Below, piece after piece: positions 24,776-37,800 of a stretch of DNA of 64,000 bases (positions are counted from its first letter, which is position 1; each line of letters opens with the position of its first letter). The stretch is from NCBI GenBank assembly GCA_964016885.1, contig OZ024757.1, positions 1,302,001 to 1,366,000 of the forward strand, in the 5' to 3' direction. Source of the DNA: Eledone cirrhosa. Lineage: Eukaryota. The notes below the pieces were generated by a model, which made no database searches, was not told the DNA's origin, and saw nothing but the letters and a program-made list of their open reading frames with translations. The translations under genes were made by a program, and so were the position numbers.

Positions 24776-26689
24776 AGAGAATTCTGGCCGGATATGGCTG
24801 GTTTAAATGGGCCCCCCTGCAGTGGTGGGGTGCCCCACCAGCGAGGGTCATAGCAATTTATTTGTGCCCTCGACTGGGCTTTTTAGTTTTAGGATAGTTA
24901 TAAATGTTTAATTTGAAGGGGGGAGGCGGCTTGATCATTACAATGGACTCAGTGGTCAACCGGATTGGTCCCACCCGTGACAGCAGTCGTTCGACATAGC
25001 CCCACAGATCGGCAACGCTCGAGCAGTCTACCAATGCGTGCGCAACGGTTTCCTCGTCACGAACGCATCTGGGACAGATTTTTTTCGATGGGTCTCTACC
25101 CGGGCGCCCGTGTCTGTAAACCTTTTCGTGAACGGACAGTGCCCCTCGGTAGCACTGTCAGGCCAGGGACTTCTGGAAGTTGTCCATTGGTCCCGGGCCA
25201 AATCTCCCCCCGAATAGGCTGGCCAGTTCGTCTTTCTCCATGACTAGGGCTTGTCCGATAACCATCACATTTATACATCGTGACCTGAGGTCATTTAGAA
25301 GCATTGCTTGCTTCCAAGGTGAGCCCAGGCCACGCGCATTTAGACAACCTATTCTCAACACAGCCATGTTGGTGGTAAAGAGCAAAGGCACTTACCTCTC
25401 TGCGTCCCGGGGACCGGGCCGCACAATTTCCATGGGGGTGGAGGATGGGTTGTTGGGTGGGGTGGTGGTTTGTGGAAGTGTAGGGGCATCAGTGTGTGGT
25501 GGGGTTGGGGTGTTTGGAGTTGTGTGGGTGTCTGGGGGGGATTTTTTAGGAGGACACGGATTAATGGGTCTGACGCAGGAGGGCCCCACGTCCTCTTTAA
25601 AAGTGTCTTTTAACGTTTTGTAAATGTCTATTGGGGCTTTTATCATTTTTAGATGGGGAAGCCCCGTTGCTTGTGCGAAGTTCGAACCTTCGGTTTTTAT
25701 TAAGTTGTTATTATAAATAATGTTTAACAGTTTTTTGTTTATTGTATTTATGTAAGTATAAGCATTTTCCTTTTTGGGTGATGTTTTTTGTTTGCTGTTG
25801 TGTGTTTTTTTTTGTGTTGATGTCTGTGTTATGTCTTGGGGAGGGGTTGTTTGTATTTATGTTCCTGTGGTGTGTTTTCTTTTTTTTCTTTTAACTTTAT
25901 GAAAGTGTTCCTCCCTCTCGTCTGACGACGAAAGGGGGTCGTCTTCCGTATTCGAGGGGAGGGGTTCATTTTCGGCTCGTGTTTGTGGTGTGGGTGTTAT
26001 TGTATTTGTTTTCTGTGTGTGTAGGGGGGGGGGGATTGTTTTCAGTTGTGTTTTAACTTGTGGTGTTAGTTGTTTTTGTGATGGTGGTGGAGGTTGTGTT
26101 GGTAGTGTTGTAGTTGTTGGTGTGGGCAAAATCGGTGTTTTTTTGTTTGCTTGGGAACAGGCAGCCCTCAGGTGACCTCTGCCACCACAGAGGTAACAAG
26201 CGGGTCGTCTACTCTCCACTGTGATGTGGAAGTAGGCAAGCCCATCCAGCAATATGCGGTCGGGGATCCTAGCAATTCGTTCTGGCTGCATTTGCACCAG
26301 AACTTGCAGGCTAGTTCCACCGAATACGTTGCTGGAAGACTTACCTACCGAAATTACTGCATCCTCTTTCAAGTCGAGGAGGCCACACAGTACCGCCCAG
26401 AAATCAATATCTGGATCGATACTGTGTATGGTCAATCTTTGTGTTTATCTTCCCAAATAAGTGGGGAAGAAGGTAAATAAGGGGGACACAATTGGGGCCA
26501 GAGAATGTTTTTCGGCCGTCAATTTATCTTTCATTCGGATGGATAGCCTACCGTAGAGTCTATCCTTCCGAATGAATACAATGTTTTTCAGATGATCTTT
26601 TAAAGCCAGTTCAATCTCTCTCTGTGTGAGTTGTACTGGCTTACGGGTTTTGTTTGATATTGTCCTATAAATAATAGTTTTTAAGCTAT

Positions 26690-28843
26690 TATAACGAGGA
26701 TACTGGGTGTTATGAATGTAACAAAACGAGACAATGTTTGTGTATATAATATTTAATTAACGGTAGATAGAATACTTGACATGTCAAAGATAGATGTTAG
26801 AATGAAACAAAGTTAGTAGTTACCGTTTTGATTGCCAGGCAAACGCGGCTGGCAGAGGGCGCCTGGCTAAGGCCAGGCGCCTGTTGGCCAAATTAATGGC
26901 AGAGCCAAATGAGAAGACTCTTGACCTGGTGCCGAAAAGGCAAAGAGAGAAAGGAAGCTTAAAGTTGTTAGTTTTATAGGGCTCTGACCGGAAGTTGCAG
27001 AAAGGGTTCCACTTCCCGTCTAGATCCCAATCAAAACAAGGGAGACAACCGCTACATAACCTCCCGCCAGAATTTTAGTGTATAAAAATCGAAATGAAAA
27101 CATGTAGCAAGTTGGCGAGAATGTTGTAACAGGCATGAAAATTACGACAAAAGAATGTTTGGAAAAATCAATGATAGATATCAAGGTAGCCAACCGCTCT
27201 TGGCCAGAGAACGACTGGACATCCATCTATCCATCACCCAAAGATACAATGTAATAAAGTAAAAGTAATAGAAGAGCTCAAAGTTCAAAATATAGTTCAC
27301 AGGTGTGCAATCACATGACAGCTGGAAAGAAAGTGTGTTCCAGAGAATGAATGCAGGTGGTTTCTGTTCTGTGGTATATCGTGAAATTTCCAACCTCCGA
27401 ATGGATTTTCTCACAGGAAGAGTGCTGCAAAAATAAATTCTCTGGCTTTGGTGAAGCTGTGTTGATGTATTGCTGTTGCTGTTATATTGCTGTTGCTGCT
27501 GCTGTTGTCTCGCTGAGTGAGCGTATTCGGTGTTTAAATTCACAGTAAAAAAATTTTTTTTTTAGAAAAAAATGAGTTGCGCAAAGTGCTAGAAATAGCA
27601 GCCGAAGTTGATGGTCGATGTTGCGAATGCGTTGACCTGACCTGGAAGGGTCAAGAGGCCAGCGACCAGAGAAATAAGCATTCTTAATAAATGCGCGGTT
27701 ATCAACGGTAAATTTACATTGTAAATTTATAAACCGGCAAATAGAAGAATATAGCTTAAGGCTGAAGAATCCCTGGTGATAAATGGCGTGCGGCTGTCTG
27801 TGAGTAGAGACATCTCAGTGAATCGAGAATTTATGCTGCCTACACGTGCCAATACAAGGTTGAAAAAAAAATATTTCTAACGCGCGAGAAAATGATAGTG
27901 CAATTTTGAAAGTGACAATGATGAAAAAGAAAGGCTTCAATCAGCATAATTATAGGTGTGAACTTTGGAAAAAAAACAAAAAACTTGAACGATGAAGAAA
28001 ACGAAGAACAAAAGGCAATGGTTCATCGAAAATAAATGTTCCTGTTGAAATGTTTTTTAAAGAATATCAAATTTCTTTTTTTTTTTTTTTTGTGTTTTGA
28101 AAGAGTTCGTTGTAAGAAACGAGAAACATATATATATATCGCGAAATGTTTTTTTTGTTTTGAAAGTGTTCGTTGTAAGAAACGAGAAACATATATATAT
28201 ATATTGGTGAAATGCGACAGTTAATTGATGCGTGAGAGAAAAAGTATGTCTGTGCGAATTCCACATGTGCGTGTGTGCGTGTCCTTGAGTATTTTCATAG
28301 TTTGTCGCTAAATTTGCTGTGTATTCGTAATGTTACTCACAAAACCAGATGTGCTATTTTTTTCTTTTTTTGGGGGTGACCACTTATAGCGATGAGCGGC
28401 TGCGTGTTCGTATCACGTCAGGGTTACCAATATAGCGATGAGCGGCTGCGTGTTCGTATCACGTCGGGGTCACCAATATAACGAGGATACTGGGTGTTAT
28501 GAATGTAACAAAACGAGACAATGTTTGTGTATATAATATTTAATTAACGGTAGATAGAATACTTGACATGTCAAAGATAGATGTTAGAATGAAACAAAGT
28601 TAGTAGTTACCGTTTTGATTGCCAGGCAAACGCGGCTGGCAGAGGGCGCCTGGCTAAGGCCAGGCGCCTGTTGGCCAAATTAATGGCAGAGCCAAATGAG
28701 AAGACTCTTGACCTGGTGCCGAAAAGGCAAAGAGAGAAAGGAAGCTTAAAGTTGTTAGTTTTATAGGGCTCTGACCGGAAGTTGCAGAAAGGGTTCCACT
28801 TCCCGTCTAGATCCCAATCAAGACAAGGGAGACAACCGCTACA
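26690..28843 (-). mobile_element. Non-autonomous LTR retrotransposon (367-bp LTRs, 1.42-kb non-coding interior, 4-bp TSD CTAT; Gypsy-like)
   Basis: Direct repeats at 26690-27056 and 28477-28843, with one mismatch noticed. CTAT at 26686-26689 and 28844-28847. PBS and PPT-like ggcgggagg on the minus strand. Confidence 0.93.
28385..28476 (-). promoter_or_regulatory. Tandemly duplicated tRNA-Trp primer-binding site
   Basis: The minus strand after the 5' LTR reads t-TGGTGACCCCGACGTGATacgaacacgcagcc, complementary to the 3' end of eukaryotic tRNA-Trp. It is repeated 46 bp further in. Confidence 0.85.
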
Positions 28844-29186
28844 CTATTTTCCTTTTTTAGCTCTGGGGGAGAATTTAAAGAAAATAGACCATTCTCCTCC
28901 AAAGTTAAATACTTCCGTACATTTTCCATTTGCTGGGCCATGTTCGAAATGTCAATAGGTTCATACACAATAGTTTTTTTATGCTTTGCGCGAACGTCAT
29001 TTTGTTCGCCCCTCTCTATTTACATTTGTCGAAATGTGGTTTTCTTGTTTTTTGTTGTTACAATTTTCATTTTTTGTTGTGTTTGTGTTATTTATGTTGG
29101 TGTATGCGTTCACATTTTTTTCCCCGTTGGGGTTAGACTCCATTTTTTCAAAATGTTCACATTTTTTTTTCATTAGGGTTAGGCTC

Positions 29187-29578
29187 TGTAGCAAGAGTTG
29201 CCTCCCTTGTTGTGATAATCACATCACCGCTCTCTAGACAGGAAGTAGCTGGAGTTACTTCCCGTTGGGGTGGCAGAACCCTTTTTGTCACTTCCGTCCT
29301 GGGACCCTATAAAATGGATAGGTCAGGGCGATCTCACTCTCTTCTAACTAGCCTGGCACTTCGGCCAGGCGTCTTCGGCCAGGCGCGTTCGCCTGGCAAC
29401 CCTAACATGGTCTCTTGCGAGCTAACTTCAAAACGGTAACAAATAACTTTACTTCATTCTTTCATCTACTCATGGACATGTCAACTATACTATTCTACAT
29501 AACTTCAACTTGTTAATTAAACTTTCTACACACAACCTAGTGTCTTGTTATATTCATACAACCCACCATTCTGTTATA
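29187..29578 (+). mobile_element. Solo LTR of a related family, 4-bp TSD GCTC
   Basis: tgtagc...gttata termini, with gctc at 29183-29186 and 29579-29582. Shares ccctataaaa, gccaggcg, gcctggcaa, tcaaaacggtaac and gacatgtcaa with the reverse complement of the 367-bp LTR. Confidence 0.85.
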
Positions 29579-29913
29579 GCTCCATTTTTTCAATGTTTCT
29601 AATAATCCTTATTCTTTCAGTAGGGAGGCTTGTTGCCTCCGCTACCCGCTCACCTTCAGTTTGTTTAGTGGGCGTGTCATCGTTACCTATGGTAATGGCT
29701 TCCATTACCACTAGCGTAGAGACAATTACAAGATTTTTAGGATGAAAATTTTCACCCCAAAAGGGGTGAAATAAATTAACCCTAATGTCCGAAGACCCAG
29801 GCAAAGGGGGTTAATTAACACAATAACGCAAGAATACAGACAAACACTTACTGTTAACACGTAATATCTCCAATACTCGAGGAGCCGATGTGAAGAACGT
29901 CTATACCATCCGG

Positions 29914-32900
29914 AGATAGATAGATAGATAGATTTCTTTATTAGCCACAAGGGCGCACAAGAAAAGGGGACAAAACAAAGACATGCCGGGAATTTTACAT
30001 ACAGTCGTGTAAAAAATATAAAACAAACAATTATAACAGTCGAAATACCCAATAGGGGGGAAGCGCCACAAATGGGTTGTTTAATACCCCGTAGATAGAA
30101 CAACCCTCAACTTCAGGAGCGTGTTGTGCAAGTGTTCTTTCTTCCTTTTGCTCTCTTCTTCAACCTACAGGCTTATATACAGAGAAGGCCCAATCACTCG
30201 GGCCATTTTTTCCACATTCACCCACCTTTCAGTGCCTCTCTCTCCATTCTGATTCTCCTTCTAAAGTGGTACCTAAAGAAGGGAATGAGCTGTTGTCCGG
30301 AGAGAAAGGCATCTGTCCTCAGTCCTCTCAATCTCGTCCATCATATAACCTTTTCACCATAGCCACTGTACAAAGGAAAACCGCCTCTCTTTCGTTTATG
30401 AAAGAAGTTGGTGGTTTGATCCTTACTATGGACTTGGCAGTCAACTGGGTTTGTCCTATACGCGACAGCACTTGTTCCGCGTAGTTCCACCGATCAGTTA
30501 CGCCCGGGCAGTGTACAATTGCGTGCAGATCGGTTTCAATGTCCTGCACGCATCTTGGACACGTCCTCTTGGAAGGATCCCTGCCGGGCGTCCGTGCCTG
30601 TAGATCTTGTCATGAACTGGTAGAGTTGCTCGGTAGCACTGCCAGGCCAGGGACCTCTGGAAGTTGTCCATAGGTCCTGGGCGGAAAGTCCTACCAAACA
30701 GACTGGTGAGCTCATCGTCTTCGACGCCCAGAGTCTCTCCGAGCACGTCATCGCCCTTGTAACGTACTAACCCTCTATAGAATGTCGAAGTGGAGCTTCC
30801 ACTGATTGCTGTGCCCGCTTGCCAGAGGACTCTGAGCGCCTGAGCGCATTCAATGTGTCAGGCGCCCATTGTTTTCGGCCCTTTCTTGACTGAGGACTGC
30901 AGCTCCGCCAGCGAGACGAGCTGTGGGAAAGCCTGTCTCACAAACGGTGCCCACACTGGTTGGGGGTCGGTGAGGAATACCTGGAGATGCCGCAGTCTCA
31001 GCGCATGTTTGCGCATCATCAGTCACGGCATTCCCATCCCTGTGTTGGAAGGGTGCTGACAGCAGACGGATCTCCTCACCAGCGGAACCTGCTTCTTCCA
31101 CAGAAACTGGAAGAGCATGCATTCCATCTTGGCGAAGTGTTTACAGGGACAAGGCACGAAAGTCAAGCAGTAGTAGATGACGGACGCTATGAAAGTGTTT
31201 GCCACCTCCGCTCGACCTTTCAAAGAGAGTTTGCAGTTTGCCCTCTACCTACTTCTGGGTGAGCGCAAGCACTTTAGCCATGACTTCGTTCCAGTTTTTC
31301 TCCACTTGGAGGTCTGGACCGAACCAGACCCCAAGCAATTTCACCGGTCCTCCGTCCAGCGTCCAACAACGCTGTTGGACGTCATCGGTTTGCCTCTCCA
31401 CGTACCGAGTTGCAAACCTACAGACTTGTCCGGGTTTAGTTTTGCTCCCGTTAGCGTTTCGTATTCTTTCAGTAAGTTGCCGATCACCCCGATTTCGGAG
31501 GTGCTCGACACCATTACCGTCACATCGTCGGCATAAGCCGACGCCGATTTGCACAGTCCCGGTTCCAGAGGGATGCCCTGCAACAGCTCCAATTTCCGCA
31601 GTAGTGGCTCTAGAATCAATACATACAGAATGGAGGAGAGAGGGCATCCTTGACGAATGGAACGCGTGATTGTGAACGGCTCCGATAGGTAGCCGTTTAC
31701 CTTGACCCTCGAGCAGATGCTGGTGTGCATCGCCTCGATCCAGCCTCTGAAAACCGAACCGAAACCGGCCGCCTTGAGAACCTCTTCCAAGTATCGATGG
31801 TCGACCCTATCGAATGCCTTAGACTGATCCAAATTGATCAGAGCCCCACCGAAGCCAGATTTACACCCCACCCTCTCTATCATGTATCGCATGAGGTGGA
31901 GGTTGTCGTGTATGGACCTGGTTGGGATTGCACACGTTTGGGCTTTCCCTACCAGGTTCTCGACGACAAGCGCCAATCTCGTCGCTAGCACTTTGGCCAA
32001 AATCTTTAACTCTGCGTTGAGCAGAGTTATGGGATTGAAGTTGTTAATTTCGTCCTCCTTGTTCTCGTCTTTCCTGCAGAACTGAGAATTCTCCTGTTCT
32101 GCTGCCAATGGCAGTAGACGGCTTCGAGGACGCCAGAGAACAAGTCCGGCATGCCTATGTAAAACTCATAGGGTAGACCATCTAGACCGGGGGACTTGCG
32201 TTTTCCGCAGCGGCCCAGAGCGTCCCGTATCTCAGTGTCCATGATCGGTCTTCCGCAGAACTCGGCGTCCGTGTTCGAGAGACGCGGCGGCCGTCGAAGT
32301 ATGAACTAAAGTCCATTGCCCCGTCAGGCTCACTGTCGTTCTGCTCAAACAGTCGCGCAAAGTGCTGCTGAAAGGCCGCGCACATTTGCTTGGGGTCATG
32401 TAGCACGCGTCCGTTTTGGTCTTTCAAAGACTGAATCGTGGACTTGTTGCCACTCGGGCCCAGCTGACAGCTTTCGTTCCTTCGTTTCCTAGAGCACGTG
32501 TTTTGCTTCTGACCACGCAGCCTTCATGTTTCAAGTCGAAGAACTGGTCCAGTGCCGTTCTCAACGCTAACACTCTAGCCGCGTTGCCACTTCTAAGTGC
32601 CTCCTCTACCTTGGCTACTAGTTCTCTTTCTATTTTGTTTTTTCTCTAAGGCTAACTCTCTGCTAAACCCTATCGATTCTACTCTAATTGCTTTCTTGAG
32701 AGAGTACCACCATCTTTTGTTGACGATGGCTCCCGTTAACTGCTGCTTGACTAATTACTGTTCACTGTAAGCTTTACGTGCCGGCAACGACACGTTCAGC
32801 TTCCAGTATCCAGGTCCCTGTCTCTGTGTTCTATCACGGTTGACTATACAGACGACTAATTTGTGATCTGAATAGGCAACCATGTGCATTCGTGGACAGC

Positions 32901-34865
32901 TTAACATCTCCTTATCCCTTTCTCTAATGAAGAACCTATCTAAATACGATCTAGATGTCCCGCTAAGGTTTGTCCACGTCCACTGTGGTGCAGTCGGGAA
33001 ATCCAGTCGGTATATATCGGCCAGTTGGAATTGGCCGATTAGTTTTGAGGCTGCTGCACCCCCCCCCCCCTCTACTGGGATATGATCTTACATAGTCCTA
33101 TCATGTATCTAGGATACCATTCCAGTCCCCCACTAAAAGCAAGGAGCGAGACGTTCCCAGAAAAGAATCTAGACATTTGAAGAAGTCTGGCTGCGATTGC
33201 CCAGTGTGGGCATAAATGGCCACTAGTCTGAAGGCTCCACCTCCAACACTGTTCACGTCTAGGACTACCAGTCGACCCACCGGGTCCAAATGTACTTGCT
33301 GTATTTCGATCTCCAGGTTTTTCCGAAACATGACAGCTACTCCCCCTCCACCTCCTGGCTAACAGAGAGATGCGTAGATCTCAAAGTCGTCGAAGATAGG
33401 GGTCAGCTGCTGTCTGTTGTGGATCCTGGACTCGGTGATGGCTATCACATCTATATCGTATGACCTAAGGTCGTTTAAGAGTTTGCCTTGTTTCCAGGGC
33501 ATCCCTAGTCCACGCACATTCCCATTTCCAACTCGTAGATTAGCCATGTTGGTGTAGAAGAGTTGGCAAAACAAGGACGAAAGGATGCACTTACATTTCC
33601 GTTTCCTGGAGATCGGGTTGTTCGATCTCCATTTCAGTTTTGGTGGCGATGTTGAGTGGGATGGGGAAACATTTCAACGGGACACGGTTTATTGGTTTTT
33701 GGCATGGGTTGCCAACATCCTGTGAAAATTTGTTCTTTAGTTTTTGGTAGGTTTCTACTGGAACCCTTATGCGCTTGTGGTAATGTTTGATGGAGTGGGA
33801 TGGGGTGTGGTTGTGTTCTTCAGAAGTGTCTGTGTTTTTTCTGTTGTTGTGGTTGAATGTCTGTTTGTTTTGGTGTGTTTACACGTTTCGTCTGTTGTTG
33901 TACTTGTAGTGGTTGTTGTTTTGATGTCGGTGTTGGTAATAGTGTGGGTTTTTTTAATGATGTTGTTGTGGTGTATTTGTAAAGGACAGGAGGCCTTTAG
34001 GTGTGCTGTGCTACCACAGCGAAAGAAATGAGGTTTACGCCCCTCCACCGAAATGTTTATCCTGTTGTTGTCGTCGATGACAACTTTTGCGGGTATTTTG
34101 GAGATTCTCTCCAGCCTCATCTGTATCAGATTCTCCAAATCAGTACCCGCCCACCTTTGTCTAATAGACTTCCGTATCGAAAGAATAGCATCAGTCTCTG
34201 GCTCCACGAAGCCAGCCAAGATCCACCAGATGTTAATGTTTGGTGGTATATTATTTATTTTTATTTTTTGTGTCCTTTTTCCCATGTACGTAGGGAAAAA
34301 GGTGAATGCTTTTGACACCATTGGTGTCACAGAATGTTTTGGGGCGAGTGCCTCGCTTTTAAACAGTACGGAAATACTTCTGTACTGTCTTCCTCGTTGA
34401 AGAAAGTCAATATTTTCTAGAGTCTCCTTCAAGGTGGCTTCTATGTCTCATTGACTCACAAATACTGGCTTTCTCGTTGTGTTTGAGACAGTCCTGAAGG
34501 TCACTGTCGTGCGAACCGTCTCTTCTTTTATTTCAAGGGGTGAGTTGATTCTAAACCAACCTTGTCTTCGAAAGTTATAAATTTACTCCCTTGCTGGAGC
34601 ATATCCCTATCATTAGAGATGTCAAGATTTATAAAATCTTGTTTCTTGTTCACTGTTTCAGCGAAAGACATTTTTTGTGGTGTTGCTGTTGTTGTTGTTG
34701 TTGTTGTCGTTGTCAGCCTCGGTGTTAGAAATCGCAATTTCTTGACGAGGTGAAATTTTATCCATGGAGTTGTTGTTGTTGGCTTTTTCATATGTATGTG
34801 TATTAATAGGTTTAATTTCTGTGTTTTCTGTGTTTTTCTGTGTATGATGTGTGTTATTTTTCTCC
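29914..34865 (-). mobile_element. Tx1/L1-like LINE copy 2 (ORF1 lacking its 5' end, frameshifted ORF2, 3' UTR, (TATC)n tail)
   Basis: ORF1 ~33590-34860 with a degenerate knuckle FRCGSTAHLKASC, ORF2 ~30165-33547, and aataaagaaatctatctatc at the 3' end. Confidence 0.9.
30165..33547 (-). pseudogene. Tx1-like ORF2 (APE endonuclease, RT, C-terminal Cys/His region), many frameshifts
   Basis: NVRGL, IAITES, LVGDWN, SDHKLV, GYWKLN, KSPGLDGLPYEFY, PITLLNAELKILAK, DQSKAFDRVDH, QGCPLS, AYADD, LLGVWF. Confidence 0.92.
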
Positions 34866-37800
34866 ACTTCGAGCACCGCATCCAGGTAACGATGGTCAAC
34901 CCTATCGAAAGCCTTAGACTGATCCAAGTTTATCAGGGCCCCACCGAAGCCGGGTTTACACCCTAACCTCTCTACACCCTAACCTCTCTACAATGCATCG
35001 CATGAGGTGGAGGTTGTCGTGTATGGACCTGGTCGGGATTGCGCATGTCTGCGCTTTTCCCACCAGGTTTTCGACGACAAGCGCCAGCCTCTTGGCCAAC
35101 ATCTTGGCCAAAATCTGTAACTCTGTGTTTAGCAGAGTTATGGACTGGAAATTGCCTATGTGATCCCCCTTATTCGCGTCCTTCCTGACTAGCGTGACTA
35201 CGCCCTTGGTCACAGAATTGGGAATTCTCCCGTTCTGCTGCCAGTTGCAGTAGACCGCTTCCAGGAGAACAGAGAACAAGTCCGGCATTGCTACATAAAA
35301 TTCGTAGGGTAGACCGTCGAGACCTGGAGATTTGCGTTTGCCGCATTGGCTCAGCGCGTCTCCTATCTCAGTAGCCGAAATCGGCCTTTCGCAGAACTTG
35401 GCCTCGCTGTCCGAAAGTCGCGGTAGGCCATCAAGGTATGGACCGAAATCCATAGCCCCTCCCGGCGCACCGCCCTGCCCGAACAGTTGAGCAAAGTGTC
35501 GCTGAAAAACCGTGCACATCTGCTTCGGCTCACGTATCACGCGTCCGTCTTGGTCCTTCAAAGACCGAATCATGGACTTGTTGCCACTTTTCGCCTCCGT
35601 CACTCGGGCCCAGCTAACAACTTTGGCTCCCTCGTTACCCAGAGCACGTATTTTGCTTCTGACAACGCAGTCCTCATGCTTTGCGTCGAAGAACTGGTCC
35701 AATGCCGTTCTCGTCGCTAGCACGCTGGCTACGTTGCCACTTCTAATTGCCTCTTCTACTTTATCTACCAGTTCCTTCTCAGTCCTATTTCTATCTAACG
35801 CTAATTATTTACTAAAAACTAACGAGTCTAATCTAACTACCCTCTTGAGAGAGTACCACCATCTGTTATTGACAATGGCCCCTGTCAAGTGCTGTTTAAC
35901 TAAAGTGCTAATCCGTCTACTGTAGGCTTTGCATGTCGGTAATGACAAGTTCAGCTTCCAGTAGCCGGGTCCTTGTCTGTGGGTTCTATCAAGGTTGACT
36001 ATGCAGATCACTAGTTTGTGATCTGAATAGGCAACCATGAACATTTGTGGACAGCTTATCCTTATTTCTAACTAGGTACGATCTAGATGTTCCGCTGTGG
36101 TTGATCCACGTCCACAGTGGCACAGTCGGAAAATCTAGTCGATATCTATCGGCCAGGTCAAATCGGCCGATTAACTGTTTGAGGCTGTTACACCTCCCTT
36201 TATCGGGACATGCTCCCACATAGTCCCAACGTGCATCTAGGATTCCATTCCACTACCCCACTAAAAGCAAGGAGCGGGACGTTCCCAGAAAAGTCTCTAG
36301 ACGTTTGGAGAAGTCTGGCCGCGGGCATATGCGGCCACCAGCCTGAAGGCTCCGCCTTCACTACCGTCAACGTCTAGGACCACCAGTCGAATCTCTGGGT
36401 CCAGATATACCGTCTGTGTTACGAGGCCCAGGGGTTTCCTCAGCAAAACGGCAACCCCGCCCCCACCTCCCGGCTGACATAGAAATGCGTAGATCTCATA
36501 GTCATCGAAGATGGGAGCCAGCTGTCGCTCGCTGTGGATCCTGGACTCGCAGATGGCAATTATATCCATACTGTGCGACCTGAGGTCGTTTAAGAGTTTT
36601 CCCTGTTTCCAGGGCATCCCCAGGCCGCGCACATTCACACAACCGACTCTTACATTCGCCATGTCGGTGAGGAAGAGTTGGAAAAGAAAAGGAAGAGTTC
36701 ACTCACTTTTTCGTTTCCTGGAGAGTGGGTCGCTCAAGTTCCATGGGAGTGTTGGAGGAGTTGTCTGGGTGGGTGGTGGTTTCCGGTGGGGTGGGGACGG
36801 AGATGTTTGGTGGGGAGGGGGTGTCAGGTGGGATGGGGGTGTCTGGGGTGGGGAGACATTTGAGAAGGACGCGGTTAAGTGGTTTCACGCAGGAATTCCC
36901 CACGTCCTTTTCAAATGTTTCTTTTAGGGACCTATTAGTTTGTATAGGGACCCTAATCAGTTTTAGGTTCAGTTTTTTGTTATTTTTAATAGAGTGGGCG
37001 AAAGTTTTCCCTTCTGTTTTCACCGAAGGGTTGTTCGTGATGGTCTCCATTAGTGTTTTGTTTTCAGTGTTTATGTATGTGTAAGTGTAATTTTATTGTG
37101 TTGTGTTTGTTTTTGTCTGTAGTTCTTGTGTGTGCTTTCGTTTTGTTGTAGGCATTTTGTTTTCAGGAGGTAGGGGTTTTGTTTGTGATGATTTTGTTGT
37201 TTGTGTTGGTGGTTGTATGTTTGTGGTAGTGTTTGCTGGGTTTTTTTGTTTTTGTGGTGCCTTTTTTTTTCTTTTCGAGCGATGGGGTTCTCCCTCATCT
37301 TCACTGGGTGATGACGAGATAGCCTCATCTGTTGTATCGTCTGTGTGATTGGGAAGGGGTATGTTTTGGGGAGCTGTTGTATCTGTATGTGATTTTGCAG
37401 TGGTTTTAGGTGGAGTGGGGTTGGGTGGGACTGTGTTTGTTGTGGTTATTTTTGTGTGTTGGTGTTGTTGTTGTTGTGGTGGTGGTTGTGTTATTTTGAT
37501 GGGTGTTGGCAGAAGAGTCTTTTTTTTACTCATTAATTGAGGACAGGAAGCCCTCAGGTGACCCCTGCTAAAGCAGTGGTAACATGAAGGCCACCTACCC
37601 TCAACCTAAAAGTTTATGTAGGTGAGTCCGTCCAGGAGTACACGTTGTAGGATCCTAGCTATTCGTTCTGGGCTCATTTGCACCAGAACTTCAACGTTAG
37701 TCCCATTAAATACATCTCTGGGGGACTTTCCATCAAAATTGATGAAGCCGCACAGTATCCACCATATGTTTACCTTTGGTGTGACACTTGTGATTCTGAT

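Larger units (their letters stand above)
24780..29912 (-). mobile_element. Tx1/L1-like LINE copy 1: ORF1 interrupted by two LTR insertions, ORF2 internally deleted
   Basis: ORF1 reads across both insertions (MEAITIG... / ...PELKKENS|LKTIYRTIS...) and has the zinc knuckle CYLCGGRGHLRAAC. ORF2 start MAVLRIGCLNARGL is fused near 25255 to the C-terminal ELASLFG..PGPMDNFQKSLA.QC...CPRC..ETVAHAL segment. Confidence 0.85.

Noticed and set aside
23916-24776. 286-aa repeat protein
   Set aside because: It is the in-frame read of a 72-bp AT-rich minisatellite with no supporting gene structure.
28395-28476. tRNA-Trp genes
   Set aside because: Only the 3' ~32 nt with encoded CCA is present, adjacent to an LTR, so it is a PBS.
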